NCBI GenBank assembly: GCA_977030845.1
Contig: OZ365118.1
Coordinates: 21,824,001 to 21,888,000, forward strand
Length of the DNA stretch: 64,000 bases
Source: Fimbriosthenelais zetlandica
Lineage: Eukaryota
Reading direction: 5' to 3'
Shown here one piece after another: positions 41,027-53,504 of the stretch (its first letter is position 1; each line of letters starts with the position of its first letter). The notes beneath the pieces were generated by a model. It was not told where the DNA came from, did not search any database, and was given only the letters and a program-made list of their open reading frames with translations. The translations under genes were made by a program, and so were the position numbers.

Positions 41027-44000
41027 TAGGTGGTCATTACTGGGGGATGTCATCAGTAGACGTCAGTCAATACTCGGGTCTGTCTGTACTTGACTTGAGC
41101 TGACCAGTCACTATCAGACCCCACCTACAGCCTGCCTCATCACTCTAATACCTACCTGTCCTCCCTACCCATACACACACCCATACACTCACCCATACAC
41201 TCACCCATACACACACTTATACACACCCCGAGCCCTCTATGTCTATGGATGGATCTCCATCCCCCAAGGCTTATTATCTCTATTTTAGTTTAGAAAAGAT
41301 TAAAAATATCCTGGCTATTAGAACCACTTACATCCCTCTCTCTGAAGCCTGATTAAGACCTTTTTGATGGCGCTGGAGAACAATCCCCACCATGGGTGAG
41401 TGGGTTAGTAAAATATCAGGTGCAATATTTACCTGGTAATTGGCTTGCTTGGTAAATAGAGAAAGGATATCAGGAGTACTAAATTACCTCCTGACTCCAA
41501 TGCGCTAATGATCCCCACTGGGCAAACCTTCCCCGCCCCTTCCCCTTCCCTTTCCCCCCTATCCTCTACTGAAAGGATCTAAGAAATTGTTTTTAAAACC
41601 CACGCCACATTCCCATACAGTAACTGGTGATTATCATCCGCAGTATGGCTGTAATGGGAGGGTCGGGTGGCCGGGAGACGATAGTTCTGGTCTGAAACTA
41701 TGAGATAAGAATCCGGTCTATACATTGACTTTAACTCTCTAAGCTTAATGTTAGGATGAACTATTGATATGAGATGGCATCTCACCGACTGATGCCATCT
41801 ACCATGGTCCTACAGAGTGGTGAACGCTGGAGGCGACCTATAGAACATGTTACCTTGATGTTATCTCACCATGAGAACTTGGCAACATTTATAATATATA
41901 CATTCATATATTCACACTCAACTACCCTCCAACATCCCACAACTACCCTCCAACATCCCACCTGTCTCTACATGGATATTAAACATAATCAGTCAGTGCC
42001 AACATGGTGGGTGTTCAAACACTGGAATGCTACGAAAATAAACTCTAAATTCCCCAAATACGAACAGAAATGTTTAAAAGATTGAATCACCAAAATCACT
42101 TAGCTTTTTCACAGATATTTGTTCAATACTTTGGTGGTCGATATCCACCCCAATACCCATGATGGGTGTTTTTGTGTTTGAATTTGTTACTGAGCACTCA
42201 ATACCAAACAAAAGTGACCCCCTTTTAGATCCATATTCAGAAAGCCATTTTCCCCAGAGGCGGATAAGCTTCAAATAAATCACCTTCTGTGGTCTAACAA
42301 AACAAAGTCACCTAGTCTGATCTTAGTCTGCTTCCCACCAACACCAAATAAACGTGAAAGGCTTAGTAAGAGAGTAGGGTATAATGTGGGGGGATTAGGT
42401 AGAAATACTCCACGGAATAACAACATTACCTTACATAGTGCTGACTTAGAGACTGGGAAAACCAGATTACAAGCTTTTAGTTTATAAACGGTATGAATTT
42501 GATCAATTTTGAAAGTTTAAGAAAACATTTTGGATCACGAGTTCACTTGATGTTTAAGCATCTAAGCATGAAGCATTCTTTGTATGGAGTCAATGATAAA
42601 GTTTATCAGGGACTGGCCTACTGGATCCCATCTCCCTGTACCCCCCAGTCCACCATTTACCTTCAGCCCCTCCCCCTTATCTCCCATCAGGGGCTATCAG
42701 GGGGTCAGGGGCCTTCAACCCCCCACCATTACTGGGGTGTACCCGGGCATTTACCCCCTCACACTTTAAACCACCCTCTAGCTTCATTTCCCGGGTTAAT
42801 GGACCCCAATTTTCAAACGCTTTTGTGAAGATTCTTTGGGTGGAAGATAACATAATTTGATGATTTTTTATATCCATTTGATTGATTTTAAAAAGAGCCA
42901 CATTAAAAAGAGAGGGTTGAGATGGGAAGTGCCTGATCTGGTTGACCCTGTGATTGTCCAGTCCTCTCTATATTATCTACTGTATACATTAGGTACTGGA
43001 GGACCTGCCACACATGCTGGTCACTCAGTCCATCTTAGAGATACACTGGAGAGGGCCCTTCACTCCAGCCACCAACTGACCAGTGGTCAAGATCTATCAT
43101 AAACAGAGGGTCAGTTTGTATCAGCTCAGTGACCATTATACTGCCACTGGTCAGCCCTCAGGCCCTCTTACTCTAAGATTGCAGGATGGTTTATCCTCTC
43201 ATTAAATTTACTTATCTGAGTTCAAATATTATAGAAATAGTCAGAGTTAGTGTTAAAAGTAAATAGACGAGACATTATGAATGTCAGACCTGGGGCACAT
43301 TTGGCTGGAAACAGAACAAGAAGTTATTAGTGGAATCATTCTGACTCTAGGTTGTTAATATATGCCCAGACCAGACTTTCTGTCCACAAAAATGTCGCCA
43401 CTTGTCAGCCCCAGGTGTGAGCGTCCAGTTATTTTACATTACCTCTAACTGTAAATGATGCTGTAAAATAATCAACTCCCGACCAGAGAATGGGTCATTA
43501 CAATAGGGAAGTCATAAAAACACACAGTCAAGTGTGGAAAAGAAACTAAAAAGGCAATGAGATAGACTCCAGAAGCAGACCTAATCCTGGGTTTGTAAAG
43601 GGCAGGAATGCGCTGAATCAGCTATATTCATTATCTATTCACTGAGGCATGAAATACGTTGAAAGGGGAGGTTTTGTCACCTAGCTTTAGATGCTTGAGA
43701 TGCCATAAAACTAAGTCAGTTTACTAATGATATTCCTATTCTAATATGACAGTTATAAATTGTAGTAATTTAGTCAAAGGCGGGAGAACTGGGCAGGACC
43801 GCCTCCATTATGATATTACGCAATCATAATTGACCCCAAACTTTATAATATATGACCCATAGAAAGGCACGGGTCAAAATGATTTACAGCCAATCTTCCC
43901 CTCTAGTAAATAGATCTGAAGTTTATCCACTTGGACATGTGAGATTTTCCTCATCATTTGTGATAGTATCCTACCACCATTCCCATCCAGGCAGGCTGGT

Positions 44001-47000
44001 ATTGGTGCTGGGAAAATGGCGTTTTTTCTAGGGGAAAATCAGGGAGAAAAAGTCTGAAAAGAAGGAGAGAAAGGGAGGGCCCTATGGTCATTATCGACAG
44101 GTGTCCAGTGGCGTTTCTTGACCATTGGTCAGCGCGTCCACTCCCACTGCCAGCAGTGTGAGTGATGGGTGGAGATACCAGCAGTCTGTCGCCAGGCTGT
44201 ACACATGGACCCCCTAATCAAGCTAGATGAACCGATATACCGGGATAAAGCCATTGTTATTCCTCCCTATACTGAGATACAATACAAAAACTTTATAAAA
44301 ATGTAAAGCAATAGGGGCAGGCTCAGAACGGCTGCAGTGTTTATGGAAATTGATTTCAATGGTAAAACCATTAAATTATTCATGTGTTTACGGTTCATTT
44401 CACTCCGAGCATATGGCAGACCATCTCATTTAGCGGTTAAATTAGCCTAGCCTTTCTCACTTATATACTGGGCTATTCTCCCTCTATGTGGGCATTCCTG
44501 GACTGTCCAGATGATCTATCTGGACATGATCTATCTGGACATAGGTCAAGAGAGCCAGTTCAGGCATTGCTGAACATAATTCACCCTAACAGATCAGATA
44601 TCACAAGTGACCACTTGATTCCTGGCACTGCTCTCTCTGTGTACAAGCGTTGAGGCACATTTTGCTGGACGTTCAAGGCACCAGCTGAGATCCATCCCTC
44701 AGTGGTTCACTACTGCCCCAGGGTTAAACCCGGGTCATACCGACTCGATTACCAACCGATAAGACAATGTTTTAGTCCCATTTTAATCCCATCAAAGGTG
44801 GTGGTTGTTCTGTGTTAATTTTTAAGATTTAAAACAAAGGGGTAAAGTTTTCTAATACCACATAGTTATAGGTGTGAGGATTGTCAGTGGGGGATCCATT
44901 GACCAGTCAGCTCAGTGTATGGAGGCTATATATACGTCCCACAGTGGGTGTGTCCTGTGGCCGTGTGGTCAGGTCGAGCAGCTGGAGTATAGGGAGAGGC
45001 TGTCACGGTTATTAATGATCTCACTATCTGTATCTGACTGATAGTCTGGTCATGCTGCCACGATAAGACGAGGCCAGATGAAGATAGCAACAAGATACCA
45101 GGCCTTGACCGGGGGCTGGACACAGCACCATCACCCTCCTTAATCCCCATCTGTGTCCTCCTCAATCAGGCCACAAACATTAACCTCAACTTCATTAACT
45201 CCAGACAAAAACATCTTTAAAAATTCCTTCTAAAATTGCTCTTTCCCAAGCCTTATTATTAGGCCATTTATATGCTTATACTTGACTTTAGGGTTGGAAA
45301 ATAGTCATAGAATTTGTTAGAATTAGATGATTTATAAACTTGTCTTGGCCTAAGGAGCGCGTGAGGGAGCAGTATACTGCTTGGTTAATAAGGGATGACT
45401 GTAGAGATTGGACCTGGTTAGAGGTGGACTCATGTCCCGGCTCATGACCTGCCATGGCTCGCTGACATCCATTTAAAATACCAACTGTTTCTACTAAATG
45501 AAGTAACGCGACCCTAGATCCGTCACCTTCATTGACTATCACTCTATCTCACCAGACAAGCTGCTGCAGGCAATTCAACCTCAGAAAACCCATTGAATTT
45601 TCACTGGGAAAAGTTCTAAAATTGGCTAGTTCTTTGGTAACTTTTGGAAACAGATTTTGAAGGCCCCTTTTACATGGAATTATTTCATAGATTTCCCTGA
45701 TGTAATCACCCATTTTTGAGGGTGGAAAGTGGATAATTCTGTTTAATCAGCCAAGCCTAGCTGGCCACTTGTGACTTTGTGACTCCGGGGCTATTGACAG
45801 TAATGTTTATCGATGGATTCTATAGCTGTCACAACTTATTGATTAGATAATGGCCATGGTATGAGTGACAGACGGAGTGAGGGAGACTGAGCTGTCAGTG
45901 AGAATGATGAAGAGGTTTTTACTATTGAATGTATGATAATCCATCATGGAGGCTGAGTGCTGTATTGTCTATTCCATGTAAGGTGGATCGATTAGACCTC
46001 ACTTTACATGGAATACGTTACCTCTCTATGTTGGTGGGCCTCACCTCCATGTAAGGGAACCTGTTTTAATTTGCTGGAGCCTTACACAGCAAACCCCCAG
46101 AGCATGATCAAGGCCTTTCATGGCTGGAGTGTGAAGATTTTAACCTGAAGTGAAGGATAAACCAATTAACCACATTAACTGAAAGCTTTCATGACCATTC
46201 TTGGCAAGATTCCCCCTTAAGAATCTAAATATATTTATCCAACTTATCTTGGATATTCTTGGCATGAAACCCTTCAATTCTTCCCATGATATTATAATCC
46301 AGGGTCATGAATTCCACTCTAACCTGATACCATCTAAATGTGTCAGATATTTAATTTTCCTCTGCCATTTTTAACCTACCATTGTGGTGTTCATATATTG
46401 GTCCCAGTCTAATGGCTATAATTCACACCCTGTCTCATACAGTCTCAACATTGACATGCACGTCAGCCCTGAGAACCATCCACCGTCTATTGTTAATCTA
46501 CTTAACATCAATATATGTATATTCCCTATTCTCTCCTTGCTCTATTGTTCATATAGCGCATCCTGCCATGACAATGACAGGTCATCATGAACCACATCAT
46601 GCCATGACTTGTGAACTTGTCTATTAGATCCTACCATACTACCTGACCTCTCCCCACTCCCTGGTCAACTGTCCTCCACCCATCCCACTCCTCCACCCTC
46701 AGTCTTCCCCACCATTGTCCACCCAGCCGGACATTGCATGTCACCCACTAGTTAATACCAGTTATTACAGGGTTTCCCTATTCGTTTTGTGTGTTTTCAG
46801 ACTAAAGCTAAATTCCCCCAGAAGTGGGAATACACCACAGCCAGCATACCCGGGCCCACCCTGCCCCTCCACACCGAGCTAGCTCCTGGTGGGGCTCTGG
46901 GTGGGGTGAGCCTCAATGGTAGAAAGGGAACGGAGGGTTTGATATCATTACCCCCTCAAACCAAGCCCTGGGAACTTTATGCCAGTGACCTACAGGTAGG

Positions 47001-47440
47001 CATTGTGTTAAACAACCCCATATACTCTAGCTTTAAGTCTTTTCTTGATCCCTATCAAAGTACCATATAAAGTGAGAGAAAGCTTAGACATTAAGTTAGC
47101 TGTGAACTATCGAAGAAAGCGCAGGTCATATAGGCTACTCCGGCAGATTGCTTTCAATTAATGGGAATATATTGTGCATAATTTATGAGGAAATCCAGAG
47201 AGAAAAAACTTAATTTTAGTGGAATAGAATGGCCATGATGTCATGTTGATTTGGTCACGCCAGTTGTTAATGGGCTGTCTGGTCTGCTGCTAGTCTTATG
47301 AACCGTGAAGTTTAATCGCTCTTTTACTAGCAGTATCAGACCACAAGTACCAGCCCAGGCTAGTCTGGTACTCCTATAGACACAATGTATTCATCATGAA
47401 TAACAGAACCAAGACAAGATCAAACTGTAAGAGACATGAC

Positions 47441-47521
47441 GCCCCATCACCCCTCCCCCAGCCCCATCACCCCTCCTCCCAGCCCCATCACCCCTCCCCC
47501 AGCCCCATCACCCCTCCCCCC
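47441..47521. repeat. 20-21-bp C-rich tandem repeat x4
   Basis: gccccatcacccctcccc(c)a units. Confidence 0.88.
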
Positions 47522-49464
47522 TGCCCCTGACCCCTCCACACAACCCCTGGTAGAGTTTCCATATCAATTATTCACACATCTCAGGCGCAGTTTTTCTATT
47601 ATTAAACACACATTTACCATGCACCCTCCCCACCACCTCTCTGTTTATGGATTCTGGCATGTTCCATCGGTCCATGCTGCTGTCTTTGCGCACAAAATGG
47701 CATCACATGCATGGATGGGCTGGTGGGGACACCCAGCCTTGACTCGATGCTCAGGCTTTGTGTTATACAATATCACATGCTCTGATGGAATCAATGAAGC
47801 GTGAAGCGCTATATTGATTACAATATAACCCATGTCCAGCTGGTCAGACCAGCAGAGACTTTAACTACAGTCATTAGTAACTAAATGTCAGATGACCTCA
47901 CAATGTCCACCTCACCACTGTAGGAATATTAGGGCCAGTTATGACTGGTCTAAAGGTCTAATCCTATCTGACAATTTACCTGAATAAAGTGAATGTTAGA
48001 GCATGTGAGGAGGGCCACACGGTCTCCCCTTACATAAAGGTCATTGCTCTTTCCACTCAGTGAATAATTGGCTCCAAATCTCAGATAATTATTTTTTCAA
48101 GTGCATGCTTAAAGGTTATTTGGTTACAGTGAAGTGCATGTTGAGAAATCTCAGAACTGCCATGGCTCATTCAATCAAAAACAAGATTGCATGCAATTCC
48201 TTCAGGGAAATATGAAGTCCTAAAAAGTTTATTGTGGTAAAAGTTCAAGCTAATGCAAGTTAAACGTGAGGAATTTAGTATAAGGATAGGGTTATAGGAT
48301 TAATATGAAAATAATGAAGTTTTATATTAAGTAAAATTAATAGGAAACATCTTGGAAATATTAATATCAGATTGATTATGGCAATATTAATGACAGAGTG
48401 ATTATAGAATGTTGACATGTGTTGGAGGTGACACCTATAGTCGACCTAATCAGACCAGTATTCTCTCACTGTATGCGGGTATACAGGCCTGTATAATTAA
48501 CACACACGTGTATAGCTGACACCGGGTCACTCATTAACACCAGGCGTTAATTACCTACCCTCACCTATAGCTGTCACATACCTGACCTAGCTGTCACTAG
48601 TCGACATCCTCACCATAACTCTACCTCTAATTAACCCATAATGAAGGTGACAAGACATTAAGCTAACTAAGGAAGGGCAGAGGTAGCTGAGAATGGCCCA
48701 CCCCTATTGTATACACCAACTATAGGAGGAAATGACTCCTAGTTGTACATCAGTAGGGGGATGGAGATGTCATCGTCATGTCAATTGCAATCACTTACAT
48801 TGAAGACAATAGTGATATCAATTATCTCATTGTTGGCTCTCTATGGCGATAAATGCTTACAAGAGGAGGACAATGTGAAGATTGGCCCCTATTGGAGGTT
48901 TGGTCTAACACTATGTGAGGTCTATACAGTGTTAAGACATGGGATGGAGGGTGAACAAATGAAGGACTATTGATGGACAAACACGGGAAACAAGGCTGAA
49001 AACTGTCACTCTAACACTCACTACATGGTTAACATGCTATTACCAATTAACCATCACTATTGTAAAGGGATTTATTGTCATAAATTAGTTTAGTTTTACT
49101 CCTATTCATTTCTAATTAAATGTCCTTTCTCTCCCTTCAATTATCAATTTGGCATTTGAATATACACTAGTTAAATAATCAGAAATAACCTTTGAGAAAA
49201 TGGCAAGACTGCCCCCCCCCCCTCTGTAATCCCTTCCCTCCCATCCTTTCTCCCACTCTCAAGATCTCTTCTCTCTCCCCTGTCTGCATTTGTTATGAAT
49301 TATGAATTACAAAAAGCTCAGTGTTATTGAGATCCAGGTTCTATTTTAATCATTTAATCTGTATGTTAATGGTGCATGGCTCAGTGTAATACTTGAATGT
49401 TTACCTTTATAATTAATTAGATTAATTAGTTGTACTAATGAATGTGATGTTTATTTTTTGACAG

Positions 49465-49585
49465 ACTCAGTACATGTTAGAGAAGGGAGGAGATGACCAT
49501 GACACAGACAGCGCCTACTCCGGTGATATCTCTAATACAGACAGTGGACGAGGTCCGAGCGAGGAGGGCGAGCCTGGCAACACAG
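49465..49585 (+). CDS. Protocadherin coding exon 2 (TQYMLEKGGDDHDTDSAYSGDISNTDSGRGPSEEGEPGNT-G)
   Basis: Acceptor ttattttttgacAG at 49463-49464. Phase 0 matches the exon 1 donor. Open frame contains DSGRGPSEE (like delta-Pcdh DSGxxxSE). Donor ag|GTGTGT at 49586, phase 1. GC-rich island within AT-rich intron. Confidence 0.88.
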
Positions 49586-50131
49586 GTGTGTAATTATAAT
49601 ATATTAATATACAAGCATTAATATACATTAATATTAAATATCATGATATGACTCATACAGGACCAATTATCAACCATTTATGCTGATAGACATCTTTTTA
49701 GTCATACATTTTTTCTTGAACTATTTCTTGGATCTGTTGAAGGGAACGCCCCAAGGTTCACAAAGACAATACTCAATCAAGCATTAATATACATTAATAT
49801 TAAATATCATGATATGACTCATACAGGACCAATTATCAACCATTTATGCTGATAGACATCTTTTTAGTCATACATTTTTTCTTGAACTATTTCTTGGGGC
49901 TAGAATTAAGTTGGTTAAAATCGTCTGGTTCATAAACACTTTGCTTTAGATCAAATGCCCTCAAAATGTTTTTCTGATAAAAATATTTTCCATAGGTGTA
50001 TTTACCGCTGCATAGCTCTGTGATTGATCCCAGCTGACCTGAACCCAATATTAAAGACGAGACAGAATGTTAAATTGTTAGTCTCACATTTTATGAGAAC
50101 CATTCGCTGATTATAACTTTATTATTTCCAG
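49586..50131 (+). other. Protocadherin intron after coding exon 2 (546 bp, phase 1)
   Basis: GT...AG ends, frame continuity, AT-rich; contains a 120-bp duplication. Confidence 0.82.
49612..49897. repeat. Perfect 120-bp direct duplication with a 46-bp insert
   Basis: 49612-49731 is identical to 49778-49897. Insert plus junctions (49729-49783) match 50949-51003 at 50/55. Confidence 0.95.
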
Positions 50132-50655
50132 GTGCTCCATTCTGTACGACATCTAGCGGCAAACCTCCACATAGCAACGCCCCGATGACGTCATCACACG
50201 TGGATACTTTACAACGACTTCACAAATGGCAGCAACATCAACAACAACCCAACAACAAACAGTATCCACCCCAACAACAACAACAGCAACAGAGATACCC
50301 AACATCTAAACCGAACAATAGCAGCACGGCGTCTAAGAACGCGCGGAATGCTGAGAACGTCCGCCCCCCATCCCGGGCGGCCTCCTCACCCCAAAAACCA
50401 CTCCCTCCACCCAGGAAAAGTAGTGCTAGAGACCCCAGCCCCGTGCTTCCACCTGGTGGTGGCCGGGGCGCCTACCCCCAACATCCGGCTCATGGCTTCC
50501 ACCATGACAATGACTGGAGAACAAATAATAATTCATTTAAACATTGGGATCCCGTCCCTGAGGACGATGATGCGGCTAGCTCCACCTCAGGCAGCTATAT
50601 TGTAGATCCCACTGATCTTTATTTTGAAGGTAGTCAGCCGGCTGTGATGGTGTGA
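50132..50655 (+). CDS. Protocadherin terminal coding exon 3 (Q/P-rich tail ending DDDAASSTSGSYIVDPTDLYFEGSQPAVMV*)
   Basis: Acceptor ctttattatttccAG at 50130-50131. Phase 1 joins exon 2 in frame with the 50185-50655 ORF. Total CDS 2790+121+524=3435 nt = 1144 aa + stop. Confidence 0.9.
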
Positions 50656-53136
50656 CTATAGGACACCAGTCACTCAGTGTCTACTACATTATTCATGTTG
50701 CCAAGAAAGCCAAAGACTGTGAAGCAAAACATTAAATAATGACCAAGATAATCACCCTTCATACTGGTGCTGGACACCAACATGCCTCTGCATAAAGGTG
50801 TAAAAGACTATGCAAAAGACTATCTATTTATAATCCATTTTGTAAAGTTATAAGTCTGTGAGAACCCTCTGAGGGTTGTTTATTATTGCATGTGAAGTTT
50901 ACTGTTTGTTGGTTGTTAGAATAGTTGATCAAACTGACTGAACTATCGTGGAACTGTTGACGGGGACCCCCCAAGGTTCACAAGGACAATACTCAATCAA
51001 GCAGAAATAGTTCACTATTTTTGCTACTTTTCTACATCATATTTCGTAACAAAAATGATGCTGCTGAATTGAGAACTGGAAGTCAAATTCTAAATTACAT
51101 TTTATGACAATGATTTGTGCTCGAGGATTGTCACTCTTGATGCACGAGTCAAAACGGTTCATTGTTCATGATTTAGTCATTTATAAAGTGTGAATGTCCC
51201 TTCAATGTTGAGACTTAATTAATATGTACTTAATTATAAAATCTACTGTAAACAGAGTGTGAATATGTAAGATAAGAGAGTGATGTACATTGATGACTGT
51301 ATATACTGTACAAACAAAACGTGAGTTGAGTAAAAAGTGGATATTCTCCACGAAATATTGAACATCTAGGACTACTTCTTTTACTTTTATAGATTATTAA
51401 CCCACAATTCCCCTTCTTCCCTTCTCCCTTCTTCCTTTCTCCCCATCTTGAGTTTATTTGTATGTTTTAGATGTATATTAAATGTTTCAGTGGATTTTGA
51501 AAACATACTACTAATATTTTTCAAATTGAAAGAGCTTCTTAACACAATGACTAACCCACAGCTTTCCTATTTCAGATCAAGCCATAATATCAACAGAAAG
51601 AATGAAACTAATATGACAGCAAATCCAAAAAGTGTCCGTCAAATATCCACAATATGACAGTGACAGGAAACATAGAGAGTTAGAACCATGATGATCCGGG
51701 CACGCAGGCCTGTATTGACTCTCAAGCTAAGCCTTTAAAGGTTTACTTTTGAGACCAAAGTTTCCAACAATGGCCGACCACAAAGCCAGGTCTCATTGTT
51801 AAAGTCACTCCATCCAGAAGAATAGAAGAACAAAGGACAACAATGGTAGCAAAGCATTCAATTCTGGTCACCAATAGAAACTGCCTGAACAAAACAAAGG
51901 TATGGCAATAGCTGACAAGACTGAAAGTTGAAGTTACAATTAAGTGAAAACAAAATGGAAGATATTTCAATGGAAGTTTTAAAATTGAAATATGTTCCCA
52001 GTTGGCATTCTGCAATGTTTCTGTGACCCGAGTTCTGGTGTACATAAGGAACTGCTATATACCCATACTGATATAAACCGTTAAACTGGGGTAAATGAGG
52101 CAAGAATTGCAGAATGCTAAGACGTTTAATGGTATATTTAGATGTTAAGTGTGTTACATAGTTTAAATTACCCAGTTGGTTATTTAAGTCTCAACTTTCT
52201 AATCCAAAAAGTGAAGTTAATAGACGTCTAAATGTGGGGTATTAGGAGAGAGGTTAAAGTGTGTAGTCACATAATCCCTGCTACATCTCCACCACAAGTA
52301 CTTAGATCCACTTATCTTACAGTGAAGATAACTTAAAACCCTTTAATGGATAACTTCATCCCGATCCTAGATTACCAGGCTTAGAATCACTCCCCAACTT
52401 ATCTCCTCTACCTCCCTGACTCTACCTCCACCCAGACCTAAATGACATATCTCCATGATCATTTCAAAGTTGATAATTTACAGACGCTGATTTCTGTCGC
52501 GTCTTATGAAGTGAATTATATGGCCAGCCACCCCTTACACTTGAGACAGTGTACACAGACTTTAAACTTGCACTTTTTGTTTAAGAAAGTGTCTTTGTTT
52601 TCTGTCAAACAAGTATAGCGGACCAATAGACTAATGTGTGGGTAAACCTTACAGGAAAAAGCAGAGTGTTTATAAGACTTTACAGCTTCTTGTTTCCGCT
52701 AAGAAGTAATAAAAACTCGCCACAGCTCCACTGAATGCCACCCTACATGAGTATAACATTAAAGACTTGTACTGTAGCTGTATTCAGGGCTCTGTACGTA
52801 GTTCTTGACAAGCTGCGTTCCTGCAGACTTTTGAGGACATTTCATTGCATGACCGCATCTCATCTGCAGGAAGACATGTTTACAAGAAACTTACTTGTAA
52901 CAGAATACAGACTGACAAATGTCAGTAGATGTGAATTATAGTGTTTATTTGTGGCCGTTTTGAAGTGTAGTGTAGAGAGTGGGGAGAGAATGGGGAGGTC
53001 AGAGGGAGAAGGGGGATGTAAACTGTGAAGGATTTGTCATGTATGTTAAGGGCGCTATATGTCTCCCACTCCCCCTGACACCCACACTGAGACATGACAG
53101 ACATGACATGTAACACATGATAGTTATAGTAATAAA
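50656..53136 (+). other. Probable 3'UTR (end uncertain)
   Basis: AT-rich sequence after the stop. ATTAAA at 50731; the canonical AATAAA I found are at 52708 and 53131, the latter followed by a GT-rich stretch. TGTAHATA motifs at 51298 and 52039. Confidence 0.4.
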
Positions 53137-53504
53137 CTAACCGCCTCGTTATGGTTCCTCATGTTTGGGTTCTAGGTTCTGGTCCTGACATTGACACATG
53201 AGTCCATGTCATAACAGTCATAACAAACCATCAATACTACCTCCCCTCAAAGCTTGTGAGAGGCCTTCTCCCTGCCAACAGACACGAACCTGGTTGATTC
53301 CCATTACCTCATGTCAGATCTCACAGGAGAATATTGATGAGGATCTATCATTGCTTGTAGAGTCTTGTTGATTGAAAACATGGATGATTTTCTGGGGATA
53401 CATGTTTGACCTTGTCCTTGACTGTATTTCACACTAGCAGATCACAAGTTAAATACTAGTCCTATTCCCCTGAAGGAGAGACGCCATATTGTTCTTTATC
53501 TGGC

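Larger units (their letters stand above)
37951..49464 (+). other. Protocadherin intron after coding exon 1 (11.5 kb, GT-AG, phase 0)
   Basis: GTAAGT donor; T-rich acceptor; frame continuity. No cadherin-like exon found inside. Confidence 0.85.

Noticed and set aside
47801-47815. LINE2/SINE-tail-like word aagcgctata (also taaagcgcttt at 7720)
   Set aside because: Only ~10 bp of similarity and no supporting body sequence.
50185-50655. 156-aa ORF as a separate gene
   Set aside because: The frame is open upstream to the acceptor at 50131 and joins exon 2 in phase.
37642-50655. WIRS (WAVE-binding) motif in the cytoplasmic tail
   Set aside because: EVSF and NNSF lack the required bulky hydrophobic residue at position -2 relative to S/T.
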